Notes: generated from the sequence alone by a model not told the origin. Shown: positions 11,530 through 23,304, numbered from the stretch's first letter. The stretch is DNA of 64,000 bases from an uncultured Clostridia bacterium (GCA_944383275.1 CALWOV010000003.1:29827-93826); one strand, 5' to 3'. Numbers and translations: made by a program.

Positions 11530-13329
11530 TTAATCTATTTTAAGTATTGATATAAACGCATCAGAAGGAACTTCAACCGAACCTAAACTTCGCATTTTCT
11601 TTTTACCTTCTTTTTGTTTTTCAAGCAATTTTCGTTTTCTTGTGATATCACCACCATAGCATTTTGCAAGGACATCTTTTCTAACTGCTTTAACCGTTTC
11701 TCGAGCAATTATTTTTCCACCGATTGTTGCTTGAATTGGAACTTCAAACTGTTGTCTTGGTATTACATTTTTTAACTTTTCAGCAATCGCACGACCACGC
11801 TCGTATGCCTTGTCCTGATGCACTATTAAAGATAATGCATCACAAACTTCTCCGTTTAACATTAAGTCTAGTTTTACAAGTTTGCTTGTTTTATAATCTG
11901 ATAATTCATAATCTAAACTTGCATAACCACGTGTTCTGCTTTTAAGGCTATCAAAAAAATCATAAATAATTTCGTTAAGTGGAATTTCATATACCATCTT
12001 AACGCGTTTATCATCTAGATATTGAACATCTATGCTTACACCACGGCGTTGCTGACACAAGTCCATAATCGACCCCAAGTATTCTGGTGGGGTGAAAATA
12101 TTCATTTTAACATAAGGTTCTTCCATATGCTCGATTTCTGTGGTTGGTGGAAGATTGCTTGGATTACTTACTTCAAGCATTGTTCCATCGGTGTTATATA
12201 CCTTATAACTAACACCCGGTGCTGTTGTTATAATGTCTAAATTAAATTCTCTTTCCAACCTTTCTTGAATAACTTCCATATGCAAAAGACCTAAAAAGCC
12301 ACAACGAAAACCAAAACCAAGAGCAACACTTGTTTCTGGCTGGTAGTCTAATGCGCTGTCATTTAATTTAAGTTTTTCAAGTGCATCTTTTAATTCATTA
12401 TATTTACTTCCGTCAACCGGAAAAACACCAGAAAATACAACCGGTCTTACTTGTTTATAGCCAGCAAGTGCTTTTTCTGCTGGATTTAAAGCATTGGTTA
12501 TAGTGTCGCCAACATGAGCATCGCTTACCTTTTTAATGCTTGCAGCAATATAGCCTACATCGCCTGCTTGCAAAATATCAGTTGCCTTAGGTGATGGAGT
12601 GAAAAAACCAACTTCGGTTACATCAAACTCTGTTCCACCTTGCATAAATCTTATTCTGTCGCCAACTTTAACTTTGCCATCAAACACACGCACTAAACAT
12701 ATAGCCCCCTTAAAGTTATCATAATAACTGTCAAAAATAAGGCATTTTAACGGAGCATCTTCATTCCCCCTTGGTGCAGGAAATTCTTTTATAATTGCTT
12801 TTAAAACACTGTCGATATTAATTCCTTCTTTTGCTGAAATACAAGGTGCGTGCATTGCTGGAATTCCAATTACATCTTCAATTTCTTTTTTTGCTTTTTC
12901 AGGGTCTGCACTTGGTAGGTCTATTTTGTTAATTACAGGTAAAATTTCAAGATGATTATCTAATGCCAAATAAGCATTAGCCAAAGTTTGCGCTTCAACA
13001 CCCTGACCTGCATCTACAATTAAAATTGCACCTTCACAAGCAGCAAGAGAACGACTTACTTCATAAGTAAAGTCAACATGCCCTGGGGTGTCTATTAAAT
13101 TTAAAATATATTCTTGCCCATCAAGATTATATTTCATTCTTGTTGGAGTAAGTTTTATGGTTATTCCCCTTTCGCGTTCTAGTTCCATACTGTCTAACAC
13201 CTGATTTGTTAAATCGCGCGATTGCATTGTGCCTGTTGCTTCAATTAATCTATCTGCAAGTGTGCTTTTACCGTGGTCTATGTGTGCAACAATGCAAAAA
13301 TTTCTTATATATTTTTGTCTATCGTTCAT
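11530..13329 (-). CDS. lepA: Translation elongation factor 4 (LepA)
   Basis: 599 aa with GTPase motifs AHIDHGKST and DTPGH, and a LepA-type C-terminal domain. Confidence 0.95.
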   Translation of the reverse strand: MNDRQKYIRNFCIVAHIDHGKSTLADRLIEATGTMQSRDLTNQVLDSMELERERGITIKLTPTRMKYNLDGQEYILNLIDTPGHVDFTYEVSRSLAACEGAILIVDAGQGVEAQTLANAYLALDNHLEILPVINKIDLPSADPEKAKKEIEDVIGIPAMHAPCISAKEGINIDSVLKAIIKEFPAPRGNEDAPLKCLIFDSYYDNFKGAICLVRVFDGKVKVGDRIRFMQGGTEFDVTEVGFFTPSPKATDILQAGDVGYIAASIKKVSDAHVGDTITNALNPAEKALAGYKQVRPVVFSGVFPVDGSKYNELKDALEKLKLNDSALDYQPETSVALGFGFRCGFLGLLHMEVIQERLEREFNLDIITTAPGVSYKVYNTDGTMLEVSNPSNLPPTTEIEHMEEPYVKMNIFTPPEYLGSIMDLCQQRRGVSIDVQYLDDKRVKMVYEIPLNEIIYDFFDSLKSRTRGYASLDYELSDYKTSKLVKLDLMLNGEVCDALSLIVHQDKAYERGRAIAEKLKNVIPRQQFEVPIQATIGGKIIARETVKAVRKDVLAKCYGGDITRKRKLLEKQKEGKKKMRSLGSVEVPSDAFISILKID

Positions 13330-13493
13330 AGTTAATTCCTTTTTTATTTGTGAATATATTATATAAAAATAATGTTATTTTTGCAATAAAAAACATATAA
13401 TTAAAAAAATTGAATTAAAATGCTAGCATATTAGCTTAACAAATGCTATGATTAATTTAATAAACATATTTAAAAAACTTTTAAGGAGTTTTT

Positions 13494-14237
13494 ATGGAAA
13501 TTTTTGAAAGTTGGTTGGTTTCAAAACCTATTGCTCACCGTGGATATTATAATAATGAAGATGCGCCAGAAAATTCGCTTAAAGCATTTTTGAAAGCCAT
13601 TGAAAATAATTTTGCTATTGAACTTGATGTTCATGTTATTGCTGATGGAACTGTTGCTGTTTTTCACGATAATCAACTTAGCAGAATGACAGGAAAAGAT
13701 GGGTATATTAATAATCTAACAAAAGAACAATTAAAGAAATGTAAACTTGGCAATTCTGACCAAACTATTCCTACTTTAAAAGAAGTTTTCGATTTGGTTG
13801 ATGGGAAAACCCCAATTTTAATTGAGATAAAACAAGAATCAATAAAAATTGGCAACAGTGAGCAAATAATTTTAAACGAATTAAAAAATTATAAGGGCGA
13901 AATTGCAATTCAATCGTTCAACCCTTTTACGCTTGAGTGGTTTAAAAATAATGCGCCAGAATATTGGCGTGGTGTTTTAAGTTCATTTTTCCCTAAAACT
14001 GATGCAAACAGACCAAACTCGTGGATTAAACGCCACGTTCTTAAAAAGATGATGTTTAATAAAAGAATTAAGCCAGATTTTATTTCTTATGATGTTAGAA
14101 ATTTACCAAATAGATTTGTGAAAAAATATAAAAATCTTCCACTTTTAGGGTGGACAGTTAAATCTCAAGAACAATTTTTAGAAGCTATAAAAGTTGTTGA
14201 TAATGTTATTTTTGAAGGATTTGAGCCTAAAATATAA
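13494..14237 (+). CDS. Glycerophosphodiester phosphodiesterase family protein
   Basis: GDPD signatures (IAHRGYY; IELDVHV; IEIK), 247 aa. Confidence 0.75.
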   Translation: MEIFESWLVSKPIAHRGYYNNEDAPENSLKAFLKAIENNFAIELDVHVIADGTVAVFHDNQLSRMTGKDGYINNLTKEQLKKCKLGNSDQTIPTLKEVFDLVDGKTPILIEIKQESIKIGNSEQIILNELKNYKGEIAIQSFNPFTLEWFKNNAPEYWRGVLSSFFPKTDANRPNSWIKRHVLKKMMFNKRIKPDFISYDVRNLPNRFVKKYKNLPLLGWTVKSQEQFLEAIKVVDNVIFEGFEPKI

Positions 14238-14486
14238 TTTGCATTATATGAACTGTGCTTAATAATGTATTATAAGTATTTAAAGCATTTTATATAAATA
14301 AAGTTAAAAATTTGAAAAATTAAATTATAATATTTAGTTATAATTAAAATATTTAATTTGTTATAAAAATAAAAATTTATCTTTAGATTAATATTTTATT
14401 TATTTTATAATTTTAAATTAAATGTTTAAATGTATTATAAAAAAACATTTAATATAAACAAAAAATGCCTTATTGACTTAGGCATT

Positions 14487-14954
14487 TTATTTTTTTAATA
14501 TTGTTTCGTAAGTGTATTTTTTTATTTTCATATTTAATTTTTCATAGAATTTTATTGCATCAATATTAAATGCCCACACATCAACCTGCACTGCGTTGAC
14601 ATTGTTTTGCTTTGCTAGTTCTAATACAAAATTATATAATTTAGTTCCTATACCCTGCCTTCTATGCGTTGATATTACAGCAATATCATATATAGCAAAA
14701 TAAGTTCGTTTATTAAGTGAAGCATAATTTTCAGAATGTATTTCTTTAAACAAAATTGCGCCTAATAAATTGCCTTTTTCTTCATAAACATAACAATGCT
14801 TGCAATTTGAAGTTAATATTTCATTAAAATATTCTTGTGTTATTGGGTGGTTTTTTGTAAACACATCGGAACGATTTTTATAATGAATTTGATATAATTC
14901 TGAAAATATTTTTTGTAAATTGCTATAATCTTTTGCTTCTAACTTTCTTATCAT
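14487..14954 (-). CDS. GNAT-family N-acetyltransferase
   Basis: 155 aa with motif HRRQGIGTKLYNF. Confidence 0.7.
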   Translation of the reverse strand: MIRKLEAKDYSNLQKIFSELYQIHYKNRSDVFTKNHPITQEYFNEILTSNCKHCYVYEEKGNLLGAILFKEIHSENYASLNKRTYFAIYDIAVISTHRRQGIGTKLYNFVLELAKQNNVNAVQVDVWAFNIDAIKFYEKLNMKIKKYTYETILKK

Positions 14955-14991
14955 AATATACCTTAATGTTTTATAAAAATTTTAAATAACT

Positions 14992-15888
14992 TTAGATAAT
15001 TGCTTCAACAAAATCAGTTGCATTAAACTGCTCTATATCTTCAAGCCCCTCCCCTGTGCCTATAAACATAACAGGAACTTCATATTCTTGCGAAATTGCC
15101 AACACAACGCCCCCCTTTGCTGTTCCATCTAGTTTGGTAAGCACTAGTCCATCTAGTTCTATTGCTTCGTTAAAATATTCAACTTGGCTTAACGCATTTT
15201 GACCTGTGGTTGCATCAAGAACAAGAAGTTTTTTATAACAAGCATCTTCCCAATTGTTTGCAACAACACGAGAAACTTTTTTTAACTCTTCCATCAAATT
15301 AACTTTATTGTGCAATCTGCCAGCAGTATCAATAATTACAACATCATATTTTTTTGCCTTTGCACTTGATATTCCATCAAAAACGACACTTGCAGGGTCG
15401 CTTCCTTCATTGTTTTTAACAATTTTAACATCGTTTCGTTTTGCCCACTCGGTTAACTGTTCGGCTGCTGCAGCACGGAATGTGTCGCCTGCCACAAGCA
15501 AAACACTTTTACCTTGATTTTTATAATAATTTGCAAGTTTACCGATGGTTGTAGTTTTACCAACTCCATTAACACCAACAACCATTAAAACTAATGGATA
15601 GTTTATTTCTGGTTGTGGATTTTGCTGTAGAATTTCAACCATTATATCGCGTAAGGCAACCTTTACATCATCTTGATTACGAAGTTTTTGTTTTGATGCA
15701 ACAGCACGAAGTTTTTCAACAATTTCTTCTGATGCTGTTGCGCCAATGTCTGACGAAACCAAAACATATTCAAGTTCTTCAAAGAACTCGTCATTTAATT
15801 CACCTTTTGAAAAAATTTGTAAAAGTTTATTATCTATTGCTGTTTTTGTTTTTTTAAATGCGTTTTTTATTTTTGAAAAAAAGCCCAT
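14992..15888 (-). CDS. ftsY: Signal recognition particle receptor FtsY
   Basis: NG domain with GVNGVGKTTTIGKLA and DTAGR; short form without an acidic A domain. Confidence 0.9.
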   Translation of the reverse strand: MGFFSKIKNAFKKTKTAIDNKLLQIFSKGELNDEFFEELEYVLVSSDIGATASEEIVEKLRAVASKQKLRNQDDVKVALRDIMVEILQQNPQPEINYPLVLMVVGVNGVGKTTTIGKLANYYKNQGKSVLLVAGDTFRAAAAEQLTEWAKRNDVKIVKNNEGSDPASVVFDGISSAKAKKYDVVIIDTAGRLHNKVNLMEELKKVSRVVANNWEDACYKKLLVLDATTGQNALSQVEYFNEAIELDGLVLTKLDGTAKGGVVLAISQEYEVPVMFIGTGEGLEDIEQFNATDFVEAII

Positions 15889-16035
15889 AAAATAAAGTTC
15901 CTTTTATTTTTAATTTAAAACACAGGTTTATTAAGTTTTAAAACTTTTAAACCTGCTTTTAATTTTTTATTAGAAGTTAAAATATGCAAAATATTTTTAT
16001 TTTAAAAATATAATTTCATAACATTTTTATATTTC

Positions 16036-19000
16036 TTATTTTGCTTCTGTTGCTTTAATTGCATCGCTTAATTTAATTGACACAATCTTACTAACACCCT
16101 TTTCTTCCATTGTTACACCAAAAAGTGAGTCGGCAAGTTCCATTGTTGGCTTACGGTGTGTAATAACAATAAACTGTGTTTCTTGCGCAAATCGATGCAA
16201 ATATTTTGCAAAGCGTTCAACATTGGCATCATCAAGTGCTGCTTCAATTTCGTCAAGCAGACAAAATGGCATTGGACGCAATTTTAAAATTGCAAACAAT
16301 ATTGCAATAGCAGTTAATGCTTTTTCCCCACCTGAAAGCAAACTTAAGTTCTGCAATTTTTTCCCTGGTGGTTCGGCGATTATATCTATACCAGCAGTTA
16401 AAATATCATCGCTGTCGGTAAGCACAAGTCTTGCATTACCACCGTTGAAAAGTTCACGGAAAATTTTTGTAAAGTTATTGTTTATTTGCTCAAACTCTGC
16501 TTCAAATTTAGCAGTCATTTGTTCGCTTAAATCTTTAATTATAGATAAAATATCAGATTCTGTTTTAGTAAGGTCTTCCATTTTTTCTACATATTCATTA
16601 TAACTTTCTTCTAATATTTTACTGTCTTCTATTGCGTTAACATTAACATAACCTAATGCGCTGATAGACTTTTTAAGTTCACTTATGCGTTTTTGACCTT
16701 CTTGATTATCATAGTTTTCATCTTTTAATGCAAGTGCAGTGTTATATGTTAACTCGTAATCTTCAAAGATTTTTTCTTTCATTGCTTCAATGTTAACATC
16801 AATTTGACCAAGTTTTGCTTCTTCTTGGAATAAACGCTCTTGCGCTTTACTAAGTTCAATGGTGATTCGGTCGCGTTCTTCGCCAATAAGTTTTAACATT
16901 TCGTGAATTTGGTCTTTGGTTTTTTCATATTCTGCAACCTGTTCTCTGATTTGAGAAACTTTTTGCTCTTCTTGACCTAAAGATGTTAAATCTTTATTAG
17001 CATCTAATTGCATTGCTGTTTCCATTGTTTGTTTGTTTTTAGCAAGTAATGAAGTGTTCTCGTCAATATTTTCATTCAAAACAGATTGCTCATTTAACAA
17101 TCTTTGAATGTTTTCATCAAACGAAGTGATTTCACTTTCAATAGTTGCAATTTGAACACGCAAGTCGGTTAAAGTTTCGCTTAATTTGTCGCGTTGTTCG
17201 CGAAGTTGCTCTGCCCTTTGTGTTCGCATTGAACCTTGTTTACTTACATCAAGACCATCGGTTGATTGAACTTTTTTAATATTTTCTATTTCTGAATTTA
17301 AGTATTCCTTTTTAGTAACCAATCTTGAAAGTTCGTCTTGGACTGATTGAATTTCATTTGAAAGTTCCGAACTTCTTTCTGATGCTGATTTCAAAATTGT
17401 TTCTTTATTTGAAAGAGCAATTTCACAGTCTTGAAGATTTTTATTTAATTCTTCAATAGAATTAAGCAATTCTTGCATTTTTGAATTATATTTATTTATT
17501 GTGCTGTGCATTGTTTCAATTTCGGCTTGCAAATTCTTTATATCTTTAGCAATAGTTTCAATTTCTCTTTCACGAGAAAGCAAGTTGTTAATTTCTGCCT
17601 TTTTACTTCCACCTGTTATTGAACCTGCTGGGTTAATTATATCTCCTTCTAAGGTTACAATTTTGAAAGAAAACTTTGTGTCTTTTGCAAGTTTAACTGC
17701 AATATCCATATTTTCAACAATAACAGTGCTTCCAAGCAAGCCTTTAAATATAGGCTCTAGTTTTGAATCAAACTGAATTAAATCACAAGCAATACCATAT
17801 ACTCCATTTGATTTAAGATATGCTTTAAACTGGTCATTAATAAACTTTGGTTTTAATGAGTTAATAGGCAAAAAGGTTGCTCGACCATAACTTTTTGCTT
17901 TTAAGTATGATACAAGTTTTTTAGCATCTTCTTCATTATTAGTAACAATGTTTTGAACACCAGCACCCAAAGCCATCTCGATTGCTGTTTCATATTGTTT
18001 AGGAACTTTTATAAGTTCGGCAACCACACCAACAATACTTCTTTTAAGTTCTGGATTTTTACCACTATCAACAAGCAATTTTCTAACGGTTCCATTAAAG
18101 CCTTCATATTCTGCGTGCATTTCGTTAAGCAATTTTTCTCGGCTTTCCATACTTGCAAGTTTGTTATTTAAGTATGAAAGTTTTATTTGATTTTCTTTGT
18201 TTTCTTTTTCAATTTGCGCATAATTTTCTTTGATTGCTGTTAATTTATTAAAAGTTTCTTTTCTTTCTTGTTCACTTCGATTGCGCTCTTGCTCTGCTTG
18301 GTTTTCGGCTTTTTTAAGAATTTCTAATCTTTCGGATAAACTTTCTTTTCTTAATTTAAGTTCATTTTCTCGTTCATTTAACGAATCATATTCTGCATCA
18401 AGTCTTGATGCTTGTGCTTTAATATCGGAAAGTTTATCAAATTCAGCAAAAATCTTTTTCTGAGAACTGTCTGCTTCTGTTTCAAGTGCTTTAAGTTCTT
18501 CTAGCACTTGAAGGTATATATTTTGCATTTCATCGGCTTTAGATTGCAGGTTTTTAAGTTCTTCAGAATGACTATTTCTGTCTTGCTGTTTACTTTCTAA
18601 TTCGGTATTAATAGACTGAAAACGCAACTTATCTGCATCAAGTTCTTCTTGAATTCTAGATATTTGCTCTTTCATATAATTCATTTTTTCTTGAGCAAGG
18701 CGTTGGTCTCCTGCTTGCTTTTCTATATCAACAGTTAAAGTTAAAATTTGCTCACGCAAAACATTGATTTGCGCGTCAATTTCTTTAATTGTATCCATAC
18801 TTTGAGTGTTTCTTGTGTTGCAATCTTCTATTTGCGCATTTTTAAGTGCAACTTCTTGATTATACCCATCTATTTTGTCTTGTATTGCACGCTTTACTTG
18901 GTTTGCACTTTCGTGATGGTAGATATAATTATTAACTTCATAGTGTTTTAATTCTTCTTTATAAGCAAGGTATTTTCTAGCATCTTCTGCCTGTTTCTTT

Positions 19001-19614
19001 AAAGGACCAAGTTGGCGTTCGCGTTCGGTCATTATGTCTTTAGTTCTTGTCATTGCATCGCGAGTTCGCTCGAGTGACCTTTCTGCTTCTTCTTTACGGC
19101 TTTTAAACTTGGCAATACCTGCTGCTTCTTCAAAAATTGCTCTTCTATTTTCTGGTTTACTGCTGATAATTTCTTCAACTTTACCCTGACCTATTATGGA
19201 ATAACCATCACGACCAATACCACTGTCGTGCAACAAATTGGTGATATCTTTCAACAAGCAAGGGGTGCGATTTAGTGCATATTCGCGTTCACCTGAACGA
19301 AACAATTTTCTGGTTATAACAACTTCGTCATAATCAGTGTTAAAAGTGTGGTCAGTATTATCGAACACCAAAGAAACCTCGCAAAAAGACAAGCCTTTTC
19401 GAGTTTCACTTCCCTTAAATATAACATCTTGCATATTTGAACCACGCAAAAGTTTTGGGCTTTGCTCTCCCAAAACCCAACGAATCGCGTCTGCAACATT
19501 ACTTTTTCCACAACCGTTTGGCCCAACTATGGCAGTTATACCTTTATCAAACTTAATGTCAAGTCGGTCTGCAAACGATTTAAAACCAGAAACTTCTATC
19601 CTTTTAAAACTCAT
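16036..19614 (-). CDS. smc: Chromosome partition protein Smc
   Basis: 1192 aa: Walker A GPNGCGKSN, long coiled coils, a hinge, and a C-terminal LSGGE signature with Walker B (LLDEIEAALD). Confidence 0.95.
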   Translation of the reverse strand: MSFKRIEVSGFKSFADRLDIKFDKGITAIVGPNGCGKSNVADAIRWVLGEQSPKLLRGSNMQDVIFKGSETRKGLSFCEVSLVFDNTDHTFNTDYDEVVITRKLFRSGEREYALNRTPCLLKDITNLLHDSGIGRDGYSIIGQGKVEEIISSKPENRRAIFEEAAGIAKFKSRKEEAERSLERTRDAMTRTKDIMTERERQLGPLKKQAEDARKYLAYKEELKHYEVNNYIYHHESANQVKRAIQDKIDGYNQEVALKNAQIEDCNTRNTQSMDTIKEIDAQINVLREQILTLTVDIEKQAGDQRLAQEKMNYMKEQISRIQEELDADKLRFQSINTELESKQQDRNSHSEELKNLQSKADEMQNIYLQVLEELKALETEADSSQKKIFAEFDKLSDIKAQASRLDAEYDSLNERENELKLRKESLSERLEILKKAENQAEQERNRSEQERKETFNKLTAIKENYAQIEKENKENQIKLSYLNNKLASMESREKLLNEMHAEYEGFNGTVRKLLVDSGKNPELKRSIVGVVAELIKVPKQYETAIEMALGAGVQNIVTNNEEDAKKLVSYLKAKSYGRATFLPINSLKPKFINDQFKAYLKSNGVYGIACDLIQFDSKLEPIFKGLLGSTVIVENMDIAVKLAKDTKFSFKIVTLEGDIINPAGSITGGSKKAEINNLLSREREIETIAKDIKNLQAEIETMHSTINKYNSKMQELLNSIEELNKNLQDCEIALSNKETILKSASERSSELSNEIQSVQDELSRLVTKKEYLNSEIENIKKVQSTDGLDVSKQGSMRTQRAEQLREQRDKLSETLTDLRVQIATIESEITSFDENIQRLLNEQSVLNENIDENTSLLAKNKQTMETAMQLDANKDLTSLGQEEQKVSQIREQVAEYEKTKDQIHEMLKLIGEERDRITIELSKAQERLFQEEAKLGQIDVNIEAMKEKIFEDYELTYNTALALKDENYDNQEGQKRISELKKSISALGYVNVNAIEDSKILEESYNEYVEKMEDLTKTESDILSIIKDLSEQMTAKFEAEFEQINNNFTKIFRELFNGGNARLVLTDSDDILTAGIDIIAEPPGKKLQNLSLLSGGEKALTAIAILFAILKLRPMPFCLLDEIEAALDDANVERFAKYLHRFAQETQFIVITHRKPTMELADSLFGVTMEEKGVSKIVSIKLSDAIKATEAK

Positions 19615-20315
19615 GAATTTATCCCCTTGTCTAGTGTTTGTTTTGCAACTTCTTGTTCGGCTTTACGCTTTGAAATATTTGTTGCAACAGCACCACCTTT
19701 ATCATCTATGAAAATTTGAATTGTATATAATCTTTCGTGTGGCTTACCCTTTGAATCAATCACCCTATATTCAGCACGCTTATTTTGTTGTTGCAATTTT
19801 TCTTGCAACATAGTTTTATAATCTTGGTCAGAACTTATGTTTAAAGCGAAATCTTGATTATCAAGCCCAATTTTATGTATTGCCCACTTTTTTGCTTTTT
19901 TATAGTTTGAATCAAGATATATCGCCCCCAACACTGCTTCGAACAAATCGGCACGAACACTTTTAAGTGTTTTTAAACTTTGGTCTTGTCTTCCAGAGTT
20001 TACCCTTAAATGTTCATAAATTCCAAGTTGTTCAACAATATTTGCAAGTGAATTTTCATCAACCAAATGACTGCGCATCGTGCTTAACTTGCCTTCACGC
20101 TCGTGTTTGTTTTTAAAAAGCCATTCAGCAACTATAAGATTTAAAACGGCATCGCCTAAAAATTCTAGTCGCTGATTGTTTTTTACATTAAAACTGTGTG
20201 CATAAGTGGTGTGCGTAAAAGCAGTTATTAAAAGTTGTTTATCTTTGAATTTATAATTTATTTGCTTTTCAATAAGTTTTGTATCTAATTCAATTTGCTT
20301 CATCTTGTTCACCAA
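19611..20315 (-). CDS. rnc: Ribonuclease III
   Basis: RNase III signature LEFLGDAVL and a C-terminal dsRBD; rnc-smc-ftsY order. Confidence 0.9.
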   Translation of the reverse strand: MVNKMKQIELDTKLIEKQINYKFKDKQLLITAFTHTTYAHSFNVKNNQRLEFLGDAVLNLIVAEWLFKNKHEREGKLSTMRSHLVDENSLANIVEQLGIYEHLRVNSGRQDQSLKTLKSVRADLFEAVLGAIYLDSNYKKAKKWAIHKIGLDNQDFALNISSDQDYKTMLQEKLQQQNKRAEYRVIDSKGKPHERLYTIQIFIDDKGGAVATNISKRKAEQEVAKQTLDKGINS

Positions 20316-21315
20316 ACTGTATTTCTGAAAGCGCAGTTTCTATATCTTTGTTAATATTTTTACTTCCAATTTCAATTAACTGATTAATTGCAATTAAAGT
20401 TTCTTTTGCCTTACTTGAACCGTGTGCTTTAATAACTATTCGTTTTGTTCCAAGCAACGGAGAACCACCAAAACTGTGATAATCGAATCGCTTTAAAGTT
20501 TTCTTTAATGGTTTTTTGATTAAAAGACCACCAATTTTTGCAAAAAATGAACTTTTTATTGTGCCTTTTATTTGCTCCATACACAGTTTAAATGCACCTT
20601 CAATAGATTTTAAAAGAACATTTCCAGCAAAACCATCGGCAACAATAATGTCATATTTACCACTTAAAGCATCACGCGCTTCCATATTCCCAACAAAATT
20701 GATTGGAAGTGATTTTAACTGTTTAAAACTTTCTTTAACAAGTTCATTTCCCTTACTATCTTCTGTTCCAACGCTTAAAAGTGCAATTCTTGGATTTTCT
20801 ATGTTAAGCATTTTTTTCATATACACAGAACCCATAACAGCAAATTGAACAAGGTTTAATGGTTTTGTGTCCATATTTGCGCCACAATCTATTAAAAGAA
20901 CTTGCCCACCCGTTGCCGTTGGAAGTAACGGAGCCAACGCAGGACGATTTAACCCTTTTATTCTTCCCAATTTCAGCACGGCACCAGAAAGCAACGCACC
21001 TGTGCTTCCAGCAGATATAAGCCCCAAAATTTCTGGGTCTTGTTTTAATTTATCAATAGCAACAACCATTGAACTATCTTTTTTCGTTCTTATTGCTTCA
21101 ACCGGAGAATCATCAAACTCGATAACATCGCTTGCTGGAACTATAATTAGGCGTTCTTTATCATATTTTTTCCCATTTAGTTCCTGTTCAAGCACATCTT
21201 GTTTTCCAACAAGGTAAATTACAAGTTCTGGGTTTTGATACAAGCCAAGCAAAGCACCTTTAACAATTTCTGTTGGTGCATAGTCGCCACCAAAAGCATC
21301 TAAAATAATTTTCAT
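20290..21315 (-). CDS. plsX: Phosphate acyltransferase PlsX
   Basis: 341 aa with a PlsX-like N-terminus (MKIILDAFGGDYAP); downstream of rpmF. Confidence 0.9.
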   Translation of the reverse strand: MKIILDAFGGDYAPTEIVKGALLGLYQNPELVIYLVGKQDVLEQELNGKKYDKERLIIVPASDVIEFDDSPVEAIRTKKDSSMVVAIDKLKQDPEILGLISAGSTGALLSGAVLKLGRIKGLNRPALAPLLPTATGGQVLLIDCGANMDTKPLNLVQFAVMGSVYMKKMLNIENPRIALLSVGTEDSKGNELVKESFKQLKSLPINFVGNMEARDALSGKYDIIVADGFAGNVLLKSIEGAFKLCMEQIKGTIKSSFFAKIGGLLIKKPLKKTLKRFDYHSFGGSPLLGTKRIVIKAHGSSKAKETLIAINQLIEIGSKNINKDIETALSEIQFGEQDEAN

Positions 21316-21407
21316 AGTAAAATTCCTTATGTTTAGTATAGTTAGATTATACTAAAAATACTAAACAAAAGCAACCAATTATGCGTAAAATCTACAATTT
21401 CCCTTTA

Positions 21408-21446
21408 TTTAGCAAAAATAAAAAGAGCAATCTTTCGATTACTCTT
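21408..21446 (-). terminator. Rho-independent terminator after rpmF
   Basis: On the minus strand, AAGAGTAATC-GAAA-GATTGCTCTT followed by TTTATTTTTG; the hairpin overlaps the rpmF stop codon. Confidence 0.6.
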
Positions 21447-21636
21447 CTGCTTTCTTTTCTTTCTCTACAACAAGATATTCTTTACCATCGTAGTATCCAC
21501 ATTTTTTGCACACACGGTGAGCAAGTTTTGGTTCGTGGCAACGAGGGCATTCCATTATTGATGGACCTGAGATTTTCCAATTCGCATAACGGGAATGTTT
21601 TCTTGCCTTAGAGGTTCTCGATTTAGGAACAGCCAT
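21439..21636 (-). CDS. rpmF: 50S ribosomal protein L32
   Basis: MAVPKSRTSKARK N-terminus and a CxxC...CxxC zinc ribbon. Confidence 0.9.
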   Translation of the reverse strand: MAVPKSRTSKARKHSRYANWKISGPSIMECPRCHEPKLAHRVCKKCGYYDGKEYLVVEKEKKAEE

Positions 21637-22023
21637 TTGTTCGCAACCTCCGTTTAATATAATATGTAAAAAAATTTACGAAAATAATTATACATATTTA
21701 ACATAACTTTGTCAATAATTTTTAATAAGAACATTTTAAAAAAAATAAATTTAATTTGTAAATTTAAAATACAAAAATCAAAAAAGATTGGCTAATCTTA
21801 CTAATTTATGAAAGATTTAACGATGAAAAATTACTACATTTTTAACATTATATTCAATATACTGTTTGTTCATAACACTTTTTAATAATAAATTTTAAGA
21901 AATAAAACTCAATTTATCTTCTTTTAATTGCTATTTTATGTTTTTTTTATTATACTAAATTGTAATAATAAAGTTAAATTTATGAATTTATTTTAAACTA
22001 AATTTAAACCAAGCGAGGAATTA

Positions 22024-23304
22024 ATGAAACTTTGTGCTATTATTTGTGAATATAACCCTTTTCATAATGGACACGCATATCACATTAAAAAAAGTTTAGA
22101 AATATCTGGTTGTGATGCTGCAGTTTGTATTATGAATGGAAATTTTAGTCAGCGTGGTGAAGCAACCATTGTTGATAAGCAAGTTCGTGCTAAAATGGCT
22201 ATTGCTGGTGGTGCAAGTGCAGTTTTGCAAATTCCAACCTATTTTGCAAGCACTAATGCCGAAGTTTTTGCGCTAACTGCTGTAAAGATTGCTGCAAGTT
22301 TAAAAGATGTTACTCACCTTTCCTTTGGAAGTGAATGTGGTGATATTGATAGCATAAAAGAACTTGCAAACTTTTTATATCACGAGCCTAAATTTTATAG
22401 CGAAAAAATAAAGAAAAATCTTAGCGAGGGCTATTCGCTTGGAATGTCAAAAACAAAAGCATTAGCCGAAAGCATTCAGCAAGGTTTGGTTCTGTTTTCT
22501 AAACCCAAAGTTGTAATGGATATGCTTAATCACCCAAATAATATTTTAGCAGTTGAATATGTAAGGGCTTTAATGAAAATTAAAAATAAAACAATAACCC
22601 CTATTACTGTTGAAAGACAAACGCCATATTCTGAAACTGACATTGACTATGATTTAAAATTGTCTGATGCAACAAGTTTAAGAAATTCCGTTATAAAAAC
22701 AAAGCGAGTAAAAAGCCTTAAAAAATATATACCATTAAATAGTTTTTATGTTTTACAAAACCATTTAAAAGAAACTAACCTTCCAGATTATGAACTTTAT
22801 GGTAAACTTGCTTTATATAAATTAAGAACAACAAGCGCTTCAGAACTTAAACTTAATTATGATGTTGTTGAAGGTATTGAAAACAAACTTATTTCAAGCG
22901 CACGAGAAAGTGTTGGTTTTGAACAATTTTTGGAATTGGCAAATTCTAGAAGATACTCGAGATACAGAATTCAAAGAATTGTTTTGGCTTGTGCGTTAAA
23001 TTTAAGAGCCGAAATTGTTAAACAAATTTATTCCTTAGATAGACTTCCATATGTTAAAGTTATTGCTTGTAAAAATGACAGAAATCTTATTGCTTCATTA
23101 CACAACAGTGAAGATACCATAGTTGTTACAAGAAAGGCTGATGCTTTAATTGCGCATAAAAATGATTATGCTAAAACTTTAATGTTTGCAGAAGACCGTG
23201 CTGAAAGTTTATATCAGATGTTACTTAACTTAAATAAATTTAAGCAAGGTAAACTTGCAGATGAAAGTGATATTTTTAGAAAAACTATTTTTATAGATGA
23301 TTAA
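22024..23304 (+). CDS. tmcAL: tRNA(Met) cytidine acetate ligase TmcAL (YlbM/UPF0348 nucleotidyltransferase)
   Basis: N-terminal EYNPFHNGHAYH HIGH-like motif characteristic of the YlbM family; 426 aa. Confidence 0.7.
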   Translation: MKLCAIICEYNPFHNGHAYHIKKSLEISGCDAAVCIMNGNFSQRGEATIVDKQVRAKMAIAGGASAVLQIPTYFASTNAEVFALTAVKIAASLKDVTHLSFGSECGDIDSIKELANFLYHEPKFYSEKIKKNLSEGYSLGMSKTKALAESIQQGLVLFSKPKVVMDMLNHPNNILAVEYVRALMKIKNKTITPITVERQTPYSETDIDYDLKLSDATSLRNSVIKTKRVKSLKKYIPLNSFYVLQNHLKETNLPDYELYGKLALYKLRTTSASELKLNYDVVEGIENKLISSARESVGFEQFLELANSRRYSRYRIQRIVLACALNLRAEIVKQIYSLDRLPYVKVIACKNDRNLIASLHNSEDTIVVTRKADALIAHKNDYAKTLMFAEDRAESLYQMLLNLNKFKQGKLADESDIFRKTIFIDD

